DNA of 63,795 nt, the filler included, from Squatina squatina (taxonomy: Eukaryota): NCBI GenBank assembly GCA_031763465.1. It is 4 parts of 4 records of this genome, joined end to end, with 100 filler letters (N's around TTAATTAATTAA, not from the genome) between each part and the next. Parts side by side here need not be neighbours in the genome. Positions count along the whole stretch, not along the records: positions 1 to 22,987 come from JARFOE010000234.1; 3 more parts are not named here. One strand, given 5' to 3'. The notes under the pieces are model-generated. The model worked only from the letters and a program-made list of their open reading frames with translations. It was not told the origin of the DNA and did no database searches. Positions 1-11,559 of this stretch are shown piece after piece (within the stretch, counting starts at the first letter, position 1; the number at the start of each line of letters is the position of its first letter). Made by a program: the position numbers and the translations under genes.

Positions 1-1689
1 AAGGCCAGGCAAAACCACGCACTTTTATGACTCCATTGAATATCACTTGCCTCCAGGCAGGAGTGCCACAATGGGAGAAGAATGGATGATCAAAACCATA
101 AAAAATCATCAAAAGAATTCATTATTAATCAAATTAGTGCTGGCATGACCTTTTTTCCCCATCTCAGCTCATCAGCGTAACCATCTTAGAAAACAGCGTT
201 AAAAGCAAATGTCACTCTTCACATCCTGGATGGTAAATGTCAGCAACGAAGAATAAAGTCTTTTTATATGCACTAATAATTATATAGAAATGATATTCCC
301 CCATATCAGGCTGTAAGATAAATCCCAATAACACTGTATATTTGATCCTTTGCTTTGGTATAAATGTTCGGGAAATCATATTCCGATTTGATCGAGGGAG
401 GCTGCAGTCTGTCAGCATTTATCAGCATCTATCACCATCTGTGGTGACAAGCCTGTCGGCCAAGTAACAACAGCAAAAGTCCTTCCTTCTACCCCCTCCT
501 ATATATGATGCAGAGCAATATGCTCTGAAGTTTATTCCTAGACAGCAATAAAATGGAAAGTTTGGGCTTTGCATCAGAAAGTTGTCTGATGTAATTTCAA
601 CCCATTAGTTACTGCCTTGTAAATGCAGACCTCTGACAGAGAAAAATAAATGTCGGAATGCTTTATAATCTGCTCACTGTCAACAACAGTGTTGGAATAG
701 GTTTATTTCCAAGGTATAATGTTCTTAAATCATGTACAAACTTCTCTTTTGGTATTTGAAGATGAGATTCCTCTTTTATTGGAAATGAGAAGAATGTCTG
801 TTTTTATCCCGACTTAATGACCCACCAACAAAATCAGGTTATCGAAAATCACACGTTTCAAAGCCCTGTGTTCTCGTGCTTAAATTGGCAGATTGTTAAT
901 TCGAGAGAAGCACGGTAATCTTTCTGTTTTCTTTAAAAGAGGAATAACAACTCCAGCGTGCTGTTTCCCCTCAGTATTTCACAGATACATTGCTTGTGTT
1001 TCCTCCTGGATACCTACAAGAATGAAAATGCACTGAGCAAAATATGGATTGTATCATAGTACATTGTTATGCAAGTATGCTAAATACTAAGAAAATACAA
1101 AAATCAGTCTTGGTTGAGGCTGGTGACATTACCCCACTTGTCATTTCCATGCTTTGAAAATTGCTAGTTTGAAGACATCTGGTGATACCCCATAAATGTT
1201 CGACCTGTTCTGTTTCATGCACCTTCTTGGATCCCAGTTTTAAAATTGCTTTAGTTTATTTATGGGATATCAGGACACACCATCTCATTCCTCCCTCATT
1301 CTCTCCTGTAGTTTTATTCCTGTATCTATATATAGGTTTACTGTAAAATGTGGGAGTTTTTGGAGAGACAGGAACATTTGGCAACCTAAAAGTATTGACT
1401 GCATCTTCGTTGTTAAGGTAGCATTTTGCGGCAGTGATTTGTTTTTATTGAACTTGAAANNNNNNNNNNNNNNNNNNNNNNNNNNNNNNNNNNNNNNNNN
1501 NNNNNNNNNNNNNNNNNNNNNNNNNNNNNNNNNNNNNNNNNNNNNNNNNNNNNNNNNNNTTGTGGTGGTATACAATCACCAATCAGCTCCTTCCCTTCTG
1601 CCGACGTTACTTTTTATTTGTGACGCTTTTTACCCCTGCCGGCTACTGCTTTTACTACCCAGGTCCGCCGCTGCTGTGCTGAAAAGGCC

Positions 1690-2198
1690 GAATGGCAACC
1701 AAATACAGGAAGACATTAATAAACTTGTAGAATGGGTGTGTAATTGGAAAATGAACTCCAATATAGATAAGTACATTTTGATAGAAAGAATAAGGAGGCC
1801 ACATACTCCTTGGAAAATAAATGCCTAAATAGGGTATAGGAGCAGAGGGATCTCGGGTAGAGATGCACAAATTAGTGAAAGTAGCGGCACAAGTTCATAA
1901 TGCCATTTTTCTTAAAAAGCAAACAAAGCACTGGGGTTCATTTCTAGAGAGATAGAATTGAGAAGCAGAGAAGTTAGGAACCACACTTTAGAAAGGACGT
2001 AAAGGCTTTGAAGAGGGTACCAGAGATTTACTAGAATCGTTCCAGCGATGAGGGATTACAGTTACTTGAATAGACGGGAGAAGCTGGGGTTGTGATCTTT
2101 GTAGCAGAGGAGGCTAAGAGGAGATTTGATGAGTTGAAAATCATGAACGGTTTAGATAAAGATAAATAAAAAATAAACTGTTTCCAATGGCTGAAAGG
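1690..2198 (+). mobile_element. CR1-clade LINE ORF2 (late RT) fragment, degenerate
   Basis: Translates to QIQEDINKLVEWVCNWKMN, followed by DYSYLNRREKLGL-type CR1 motifs with frameshifts. Confidence 0.8.
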
Positions 2199-2505
2199 TC
2201 ATGTGCAGTACTTTACACTTGTCCGTATCAAATTCCATCTGCCATTGTTCTGCCCACTTACATATTTTATCCAACTCATTTGTATTTCGTGAGTTGCATT
2301 CTCATAATCAACTGCCCTTCCTAGTTTGGTACCATCTGCAAACTTCACAAGTTTGTATTGAGTTTCTGAATGTATGTGACTGATGTAAATTAGTAACAGA
2401 CATGGTCTAAGACCAACCTCTGGGGCACTTGACTTAGCAGTCCTCTCCAACCCCCGATATCACTTCTGTAACTATTACCTATTGTTTCCTATCTTTTAGC
2501 CAATC
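2199..2505 (-). mobile_element. CR1-clade LINE RT fragment, inverted relative to the adjacent copy
   Basis: ORF 2199..2450 contains KLVKFADGTKLG, a variant of the CR1 FADDTKL RT motif. Confidence 0.8.
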
Positions 2506-3973
2506 AGCATCAATGGAGTTGGTTAATGCCAGAGCCCATTATGCTTTTTGGCCGATAGCAAACAGCAGCTGAAAGTCTTCATTCCCGGCTCATTCAGACA
2601 GTGAAGAGGTTTAACTTTCCTAGCCATTTGGCAACAAACCTTTTACGACTCTCAAATAACACTATTTTATAAATATGACAGTTTCTACAGGAACAGGTGC
2701 AAAAACCAGCATTGCTGAGCAATTCCGGGAAGCAATTCAACAATATAATTGCACTATATTACAAACCAGGTCACCATATTTCGTTGATGGGAACTAATTC
2801 ATTCATTCTTTATTACCATAAGCTAGCAATACACATTGTCCATTTTTCCTATCTCAGAAGCGTGTGATAACATATGCACAATTGTAAGTGCTTCGCCTCA
2901 CCAAAAAAAATCAGCGTAGTAGAAGATATTGAATAGTGGTTAATAAAGATAAATATAGATGCTAAAAACTTAATTTGTATGTATGAACATTCCCAGACAG
3001 GGTTTTGGGGAATGATTTATGAGTCCCCTTATATAACACACTCCTGTTAAGTATATAAACTGATTTTAGATTTCCAGGACCATTCACCTTATACAATTCC
3101 ATATGAAGTATGTTTTTTTGAAAATTTGTTTCTATATTTTAAGTAATAGTACAGGTTAAGAGCTCTGATTGATTGTTTTAATGACATTGGCAAGACTATT
3201 GTAGACATTGAAAAATGAGGTGTTAAGACAGCCCAGTTTAGGTGAACAATTAATAGTTTAACAATCTTAGTGCAATATTAATGTAATTGTCTTAATTGCT
3301 GTTGGATTGCCTTTATTCCCTGCCTCATTTTTCCTGTTTTGCTTGTCTTTATCAATTGCCTGTACTGCTATCTTTTCTTCAAATTCCGTACAGCTCTCCA
3401 ATTTTGCTGTACTGTTTCCACAACTCCTGTCTTCACCATCTGCCTTTCCTTCTCTCCTTAAACATCAATCCAACATTCGTAATTTGTCAATGTTTCCACT
3501 GCCTTCTGTTCACTTACATTTCTTTAACTTCATTGTGTATTATTACTTTATAGGGTAAATGCACCAACCCTGCACTCCCAGTCAAGAGCCAGAACTAGGG
3601 CTACAACACTAATGCCATTCTTCAACTTACATCCCCTTTAAGCGCAAGTCTCTGTTGGAGTGCGGGATTCATAATTTACTAGTGTAAACTTTTTCTAAAT
3701 CTCCTCAAGGTTGCTTACTACTTGCTACTTGGGGTACTTTCTCACTACTGGTTGTGCGTTTTGTTTTAAACTGATTTCCCACCTATCTCCCAATCTGCTG
3801 GTTCACTCAAGCTTCGATTGGTGTCTCTCTGCTGATTCTTGAAGATTAAAAGGATCCTGTGGAGGCATGGGAGAGAACCAGCAGTTATAACATCTAAGGA
3901 AAGGTTTGCAGTTTGTTATTCTGAACATGCTATCAAACTTACCTCGACATTAAGGAAAGTGTAAACACTCTTA

Positions 3974-4770
3974 GGGCGGCCAATTCGGGTTTTTAAAGTT
4001 TCTAGCGAAAAGTGCTGAATTTAGTGCTGGAAATGGGACTCTTTGAAAATTTTCAGTGAAGCCCCCAATTAGCCACTTTACAATTTGAGTGTTCAAACGT
4101 GTGCAAACTTTAGCGTTAAGGGGCCCATAGTGAAATGACCTATTCGTGGTGTGGATGCAAATTCCACGGTTTGCTTCCAACCTGAATTCCAGAGTTTACT
4201 TGCAAGCTGACAGGCCACTTAAGAGGTCATCGACTTAAGTGCTTCTAACTTCTTTATAGGCCACTTCATAGCTTCATAGCATGTGTCTCACATAGAGCCT
4301 TCCTGTCTGCTCACTTCAGTCAGTTCACAGCAGAAACATAACAGCACACAGTCTCTGCTCACAGCCCCCTGTTCAGTGCCTCTCAGCTCACTGCACAAAG
4401 TCTCTCAGCCCCTGTCCACTGCCGAGCTTAACTGTTACTGCTGTGATTCGGCTCACCCAACCCAACCCAACCCAGACTCTTGCGCCAGATTATATGAGCT
4501 GAGGCCCGTGTCCCCACTGAAAAAAGCAGGCGTTGTCACCGCTTGATTTAGTGCATACTGACACTGTGCAATTCTGGATGGGCGCCAATTTTGGGTGGCA
4601 CGCGCAATGATGGCATCACAGCACCACGTTTAGACTAACGCCAGCACCTCGAGCGTTATGGGCTCTGCGCCCATTTTGCACTGGCACAAACACGTTTTAG
4701 CGCCAAAAGTGGCTTAATGCCAGTTTTGCACCACTTTCACGCTAAAGGTTTTACCACAAATTGGCCGCCC
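3974..4770. mobile_element. Non-autonomous PIF/Harbinger-type element (MITE)
   Basis: Perfect 12-bp TIR GGGCGGCCAATT at 3974 and its reverse complement ending at 4770, extending imperfectly inward. TTA flanks both sides (3971-3973, 4771-4773), the 3-bp TWA TSD of PIF/Harbinger. Confidence 0.8.
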
Positions 4771-5918
4771 TTAAGGCCATAGAGAACAAGGACTCACCAA
4801 TGAAAGCAGTCTGAACACAGAAGCCAATGATGTCTCGGGTAAAAAGAACAAAAAAGCAACAATACCATTAAAAACTTTCGGGAAGGATTTTCTCAGCACA
4901 CTATGTGTAAATGCATTTGTTCTTTGTATACGGGTTTACAATTTTGTTACACCTACTACATCAANNNNNNNNNNNNNNNNNNNNNNNNNNNNNNNNNNNN
5001 NNNNNNNNNNNNNNNNNNNNNNNNNNNNNNNNNNNNNNNNNNNNNNNNNNNNNNNNNNNNNNNNNNNNNNNNNNNNNNNNNNNNNNNNNNNNNNNNNNNN
5101 NNNNNNNNNNNNNNNNNNNNNNNNNNNNNNNNNNNNNNNNNNNNNNNNNNNNNNNNNNNNNNNNNNNNNNNNNNNNNNNNNNNNNNNNNNNNNNNNNNNN
5201 NNNNNNNNNNNNNNNNNNNNNNNNNNNNNNNNNNNNNNNNNNNNNNNNNNNNNNNNNNNNNNNNNNNNNNNNNNNNNNNNNNNNNNNNNNNNNNNNNNNN
5301 NNNNNNNNNNNNNNNNNNNNNNNNNNNNNNNNNNNNNNNNNNNNNNNNNNNNNNNNNNNNNNNNNNNNNNNNNNNNNNNNNNNNNNNNNNNNNNNNNNNN
5401 NNNNNNNNNNNNNNNNNNNNNNNNNNNNNNNNNNNNNNNNNNNNNNNNNNNNNNNNNNNNNNNNNNNNNNNNNNNNNNNNNNNNNNNNNNNNNNNNNNNN
5501 NNNNNNNNNNNNNNNNNNNNNNNNNNNNNNNNNNNNNNNNNNNNNNNNNNNNNNNNNNNNNNNNNNNNNNNNNNNNNNNNNNNNNNNNNNNNNNNNNNNN
5601 NNNNNNNNNNNNNNNNNNNNNNNNNNNNNNNNNNNNNNNNNNNNNNNNNNNNNNNNNNNNNNNNNNNNNNNNNNNNNNNNNNNNNNNNNNNNNNNNNNNN
5701 NNNNNNNNNNNNNNNNNNNNNNNNNNNNNNNNNNNNNNNNNNNNNNNNNNNNNNNNNNNNNNNNNNNNNNNNNNNNNNNNNNNNNNNNNNNNNNNNNNNN
5801 NNNNNNNNNNNNNNNNNNNNNNNNNNNNNNNNNNNNNNNNNNNNNNNNNNNNNNNNNNNNNNNNNNNNNNNNNNNNNNNNNNNNNNNNNNNNNNNNNNNN
5901 NNNNNNNNNNNNNNNNNN

Positions 5919-5962
5919 TGTTTATACTCTAGATTCCAGCATCTGCAGTATTTTGCTTTTGT
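5919..5962 (+). mobile_element. Penelope-like element terminal fragment
   Basis: Near-exact reverse complement of the start of 63728-63795, and related to 61990-62040. Confidence 0.6.
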
Positions 5963-5964
5963 GA

Positions 5965-6115
5965 TCTTGTAATTTATTGTATTGCTGTTCACAAATTGGA
6001 TGTTACATTTCCTACATTACAACAGTGACTACACTTCAAAAGTACTTCATTGGTTATATAGTGCGTTGAGACATCTTGAAGTCATGAAAGGCATATAAAT
6101 GCAAGTCTTTCTTTA
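5965..6115 (+). mobile_element. Deu-domain SINE 3' part (SacSINE1/AmnSINE1-like)
   Basis: Contains cacaaattgg...tttcctacattacaacagtgactacacttcaaaagtacttcattgg...tataaatgcaagtctttcttt, matching the recalled DeuSINE tail and the copy at 29130-29577. Confidence 0.75.
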
Positions 6116-7309
6116 TTTTGCTGGAGGAACCAGCAGGCTCTTGGAAATTTATATTTTCTCAATTGTGTCTCCGTTCTTCCTTCTCCAATTCAAAATAGCC
6201 CAGGAATACCATCTCTTCTAGATATTCCTGCTATGGGAAACCATCTAGCTCAGATGACCTTTTGCTTATTATAGAGCCTCATTTTGGGCTGTACCCTTTA
6301 GTTTTTCTGCTATCTGCATGCACACCAGAAAAATGATAATTTGTTGCACTGCATTTGGTTGTTTATTTATGCAAATGTTGTGCTGCACTATAGCCAGCAA
6401 ACAGTATTGAACACCGATTTTGAGTTCAAATTTAGTAATGATTATGTGGTTTGTGAGTAGGCTTCAGAGTCTTGTGGGGCTTACAATTCTCTGCCAACAT
6501 TGGTTTTAATTTTGTGCAATCTTCAGGCTCAGCAATTTGAGTACCAGTTGGAGACATAAGTGCTCTGGTCATTTAGCAGGAACTGATACTGGATCGTTTT
6601 ATTGCCCCAATCAGCTTCGCTTTTAACATACCCCAACCAGTCACCTGGTGCTGACCCAAATCAATGCTGACACCAAGACTGAACAGAAGAAAATGGCAAT
6701 GGCATCAACACTTTTTTTCATGACAAAAATAGCTTCCAGTGCTTCATCCTCTGCTGTTGAGTTATTTCAGCATAGTGTTTGTCATCTGATTATCATAGTA
6801 TTGTGTCTCACTGTGACATCAAATAATTTAGTGGTGACCTGTGTAGTCCAAGGTGCTAGACTCAGCTCTACTACTGAGCAGCTTCAGCATTATATGAGGC
6901 ACTTGGGATTTTTTAGTTCCATCTTTGCCACCTGAGGCCTGTGGCTACTTTCCTGATTCACATTTCTATCTCTTCAGAAAAAGAGGTAGTGATTTGTCTT
7001 TCAAGGGCTCCATCAGGCCAAGACATTTGAGTCACAGTATTTCTTTGCTCTTGGCTAAATATATTCTTCAAATTGCCTCCCAGCTATGAGTCCAATTATC
7101 TGAAACACTGGTGTCAGTAAAAATTACCATGAAGCTGTGATTTTCAAGTTGTTACAAAAATGTAATTATTAGAACAATATCATCAGGCTTCCTGACTCTG
7201 AGAATTGAATATTCTCTGTTTGGCTGTGTGGGCTCTAATATATTTCCATACTTACAGTCCTGTCAATTATTAATTTGCTACTTCATCACCTTGGTTGAAT
7301 ATACTTAAT

Positions 7310-7680
7310 CCTGGTGGCTCAGTGGGTGTATGCACTATGTAATATAGTGCCAGGAAGGTCTCAATCCTCAGCCTGTGCTGTGCTTGCTGATATTAGACGG
7401 GCTGTAGTGTGGAGGTACCAGTTGTCTCAATGCTCCCATGCTGCAGAAGGGACAAATAAGCCAAGATTTTCAGTCCTAATCTCTATCCAGTGATACCAAT
7501 TGAAAATGTGCACATATAGATGTTGGGTATGGGCAGGATTGGACTGGGCTGTGGTGTTGCACTAAAATAGCTGCTGACTGACAGTTACTGTCTGGTTCAT
7601 AACTGAGGAATGACCACCTGGATGAAATATTGGAAAGCTACCATTGCCTGTAGATCTGACCTGCATCATGAGTAGAGGTG
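7310..7680 (+). mobile_element. Old tRNA-derived SINE-like repeat
   Basis: A-box-like head ggtggctcagtgg followed by a degenerate SINE-like body; family not assigned. Confidence 0.4.
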
Positions 7681-7737
7681 AAATGTGAGGGAAAAGCTAG
7701 ATTTTAATTCTTCCATCTTGAAATTTGTGTTTTATAG

Positions 7738-7875
7738 GTGAATGAAGACACAGTGGAACGTCTAGTTCAAGAATACCCACATATCACATTCAGCACTGTG
7801 ATGCAAGACTGCAAGCGGACACTAGAACGCGCCTATCAGATGGGGTGGATTCCCAATACATCAACGGCAACATAA
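7738..7875 (+). CDS. FBXL17: F-box/LRR-repeat protein 17, last coding exon
   Basis: Acceptor ttttatag|GTG. Encodes VNEDTVERLVQEYPHITFSTVMQDCKRTLERAYQMGWIPNTSTAT*, close to the recalled human C-terminus VNEVTVEQLVQQYPHITFSTVLQDCKRTLERAYQMGW. Confidence 0.92.
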   Translation: MNEDTVERLVQEYPHITFSTVMQDCKRTLERAYQMGWIPNTSTAT

Positions 7876-9800
7876 TGCTGTGAAGAATCTTCTGTAAACT
7901 CACTTTGTGGTTCTTGTAATTCTTAAATACAGTAATGTAAAGAGTGAGTGCAAGAGAAATCACAAGCAGTAGGCTATGCTGAACTGAGTTTATAACCACA
8001 AATAGTATGTTTCCTTTTTATGTTCCTGTTTCGACAATCTTTGCTCTATGAAGATTGAAATCATGGATTTTCAGGTATCCATGGAAGGAGTTTTTAAAAA
8101 AAAAATAATTGGGGGCAGTTATGGTTTCTAGCCCAAAGTAGTTTTATTTTATGAATCATTTGATACTAGCTGTCTTTTTTGTTTCTTTGAAACAGCTGTA
8201 ATCAAATCTATTGAAATGTATATTCAGAAAGTTTAAAGTAAGAGATATATCTCCTCCCCAACCCACTTTCTGCTCATTGCTACATCTGGGCTCCTAATAA
8301 TTGTAATAGGATTTTTCAGGTGTGACAGTAATCTGCTAAATTCATCTAGTTATATATTCTTGTTCAACAACTCCTCTCTTCGATAATCTGTTAAGATTAC
8401 ATCTCATTTTATTGTAAGCTTGGTTAAAAATCTAAATTCCATTTTATTAAGCTTCATTCATCCTTGAAATAATCAATTACTACTGATGATAAAGACTAGC
8501 AACGACCCCGTAAAGATTTCATTGTAGCCAGAAGAATCAATAGAGTCTTNNNNNNNNNNNNNNNNNNNNNNNNNNNNNNNNNNNNNNNNNNNNNNNNNNN
8601 NNNNNNNNNNNNNNNNNNNNNNNNNNNNNNNNNNNNNNNNNNNNNNNNNNNNNNNNNNNNNNNNNNNNNNNNNNNNNNNNNNNNNNNNNNNNNNNNNNNN
8701 NNNNNNNNNNNNNNNNNNNNNNNNNNNNNNNNNNNNNNNNNNNNNNNNNNNNNNNNNNNNNNNNNNNNNNNNNNNNNNNNNNNNNNNNNNNNNNNNNNNN
8801 NNNNNNNNNNNNNNNNNNNNGGATTATTGCGTTATTTAATACTCGTCATTAAATGAACTTCTATGAAAAAGTCTGTACACATTATGTTGTGTTTCAAATT
8901 CAAAAGCCAAGAAGTTCAGTGTTGGGCCTTCAGTTTCTGACCAAAGTGATCAACCTTCAGAATAATGACTAAGTGTGTACAATTCTTTCTTACTTGCAAA
9001 TGATAATTAATTATGTCTTAACAGCTACTGAATGACTTTTGTCATCAGATGTCAAGAAAAAGTAGTATGCAGTGTGTGAACCTATGTATGTTTAAAGGGT
9101 TCAACAGGGTGTAAACCATTTTACAGGAAAACCTAGGAATCTAAAAGAGGATGTGTGTATGTGTGTGTTTTAAATATATACAGTAGTTCTTGAATACAAA
9201 TTGTACAGCCAGCCGGAGGATCTGCTTTAATGTTCCGTGACTGTGCTAAAAGTAAGGGGCAGGCACGAAGGAGAAAGAAAAGGCAATTTAAGTGATGTTT
9301 GGTAAATGCCGCCTTTGAGAGCCCATACAGTAATTGAGCAGATTAAGATAACTGACAGTAGCTGCGTAGTGTGTCTAACTGGAGGTCTCTATGGGTCGTG
9401 TCTCAGATCCTGTGCAGACACGCTAAACAAGTTTGTCAATTTTCCATTAGATTGATTTTTCTCAAAGCTAGAAGGGTTATCTCATTTTCTTTCTGAGACA
9501 CAGCCATTTCCCAATATTGTATCTTTCTGTTTAATTCTGTTAGAATGTGTTAAAGAATTTGGAGTTCATAGCTGATGGAGATGATTTAATTTGGATAATA
9601 CATCAACGTAAAGTGTTTTGCAACATTTCTGTGAAAGGTGCTTTAACCCTTTGGTAATGCTTGGACTGTGATACACAACAACCAACATCACACACCTTCA
9701 GCTCAGTCAGCAGAGGCTGCTGATTAAAGGGAAGAAACGACTTGGAATACTATTCAAAGTACTCCCCTGCGCCCTATCTATCTGAGCAGGAATAATAGTT
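7876..9800 (+). other. FBXL17: Probable FBXL17 3' UTR / downstream region (end undefined, interrupted by a gap)
   Basis: Directly follows the stop codon; AU-rich and free of recognisable repeats. Confidence 0.45.
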
Positions 9801-9839
9801 ATAAAATTATCAGGTACTTGCATTAACATTTGTTGCTTG

Positions 9840-10021
9840 TAGGGGAACAGTAGCATATTGGTTATGTTACTGGACTAGTAATCCAGAGGTATAGGCTAAT
9901 GATCTAGAGATGTGAGGTCCAATCCCACCATGGCAGCTGGGGAATTTAAATTCAACTAAATAAATCTGGAATAAAAAGCTAGTATCAGCAATGGTGACCA
10001 TGAAACTACCAGATTGTCAGA
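9840..10021 (+). mobile_element. tRNA-derived SINE 5' part
   Basis: Head tagcatattggttatgttactggactagtaatccagagg...ggtccaatcccacc with A/B-box-like spacing; truncated by a gap. Confidence 0.6.
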
Positions 10022-10273
10022 NNNNNNNNNNNNNNNNNNNNNNNNNNNNNNNNNNNNNNNNNNNNNNNNNNNNNNNNNNNNNNNNNNNNNNNNNNNNNNN
10101 NNNNNNNNNNNNNNNNNNNNNNNNNNNNNNNNNNNNNNNNNNNNNNNNNNNNNNNNNNNNNNNNNNNNNNNNNNNNNNNNNNNNNNNNNNNNNNNNNNNN
10201 NNNNNNNNNNNNNNNNNNNNNNNNNNNNNNNNNNNNNNNNNNNNNNNNNNNNNNNNNNNNNNNNNNNNNNNNN

Positions 10274-10432
10274 GATTCTCCCACAGGTGGAAACATTCCA
10301 CATCTACCCTGTCCATCCCATTCATAATCTTATACCTCGATCAGGCTACTTTTAAGTCTTCTCTTTTCCAAAGAAAAAAGCCCTGACCTGTTCAATCTTT
10401 CCACATAGCTGTAATCCCTCTGTTCTGGTACT
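10274..10432 (-). mobile_element. CR1 LINE ORF2 C-terminal fragment
   Basis: RDYSYVERLNRSGLFSLEKRRLKSSLIEV is the CR1 GLFSLEKRRL motif. Confidence 0.8.
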
Positions 10433-11361
10433 ATCCGTTCTTGGCTGAGTATACAGCAGTACCCAGCCAGTCGTGTTTTTCCCTCGGGGCTGGCTGGCTG
10501 GCTCAGCTCAAACTGAAATGCTGACTCCCATTGAAGTGAATGGAGCACCCTGGGGTGCAAGTGGCTGTTCTCTGTAATTGAAGTAATCAGAGCAGCTCAG
10601 CAGAAAAGATGACAATAATTAACAGTTCTCTATCAGGCAGTGAATTTGATGGTATTTCAATGCAGATGCCATATCATTCTTATAGCTATGATTTTCAGAT
10701 TGAGAAGTGGAAGTTCTTTCAACAGAAAGTACCCCCCAGAATTCTTTTTCCCTTTTTAGAGTTTTGAATGTTCCATGATTTCATACATTTCTCTAATAGT
10801 AATAAGTAAAATCCAGTTTTGGCACTGTACAGTTAAGTTTTATACATAATCTCAAAACCGTATATTTTGAAAGATGCTTAAAAAATATGAACCCAAGATG
10901 CAAGGTATATGTGAAAAGCCCATCTTTTCAACATTTAAAATGGTTGATTTTCCTCAGAAAACGGAGACTCCAAATGTACTTTCAGATGTTTTGTCTGAAC
11001 TCTTGTGCCGAGCTCTATTGACAAAAATCTTCGTCTGTTCCTTTGGCTGTTTTGTGTTGTTATTTCTATGTATGTGGTACAGGTCTATTCCACCTTTTTA
11101 GTCCTCTGACCCAGTAAGTGTCTGACATAAATTGCCATTCCTATCCTTGCTCGTGTATTGAGGAAAGAAGCAATATAATTATTTCCATACATTTGGTCCT
11201 GAACAGCAAGTTTGTTTGTTTTTTTTCCTGCCTTTTGCCTTTCCCATTTTCATTCTTGTTTCTCACTCACACTTGCCTGTCTTTGTTAATGTTAAATATC
11301 TCCATTTTTGAAAGGTGTTTGATATAGTGCTAAATAGGAGAATTAAGGCAGACATTATTAT

Positions 11362-11559
11362 TCTTAGGCAGTCCCGCGGCATCGAGGATGAGTTGTGGAT
11401 TCTGAGGTGGCTGAAAGTCCAATACGGGATCCACAAACTCGACCACAGGTGGGGCAGGCGGTGTTTGGTGGAGCGAGTGGACGGGATGCTCGTGTTTCTG
11501 CGTGCTCCTTCCGCTGCCTGCACTTGGCCTCCACGTGCTCCCGCCAGAGAAACTCAAAG
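11362..11559 (-). mobile_element. RTE-clade LINE 3' end
   Basis: Encodes KCRQRKEHAE...CPTCGRVCGSRIGL, the C-terminal zinc motif of RTE elements, followed by a short taa-type tail. Confidence 0.7.

Noticed and set aside
4903-5992. Long 343-353 aa ORFs, and similar ones near 10.0 and 20.2-21.1 kb
   Set aside because: They are almost entirely X residues from N gaps.
10699-10728. Possible 30-nt exon IEKWKFFQQK
   Set aside because: Weak donor (gtaccc) and no recognisable homology.
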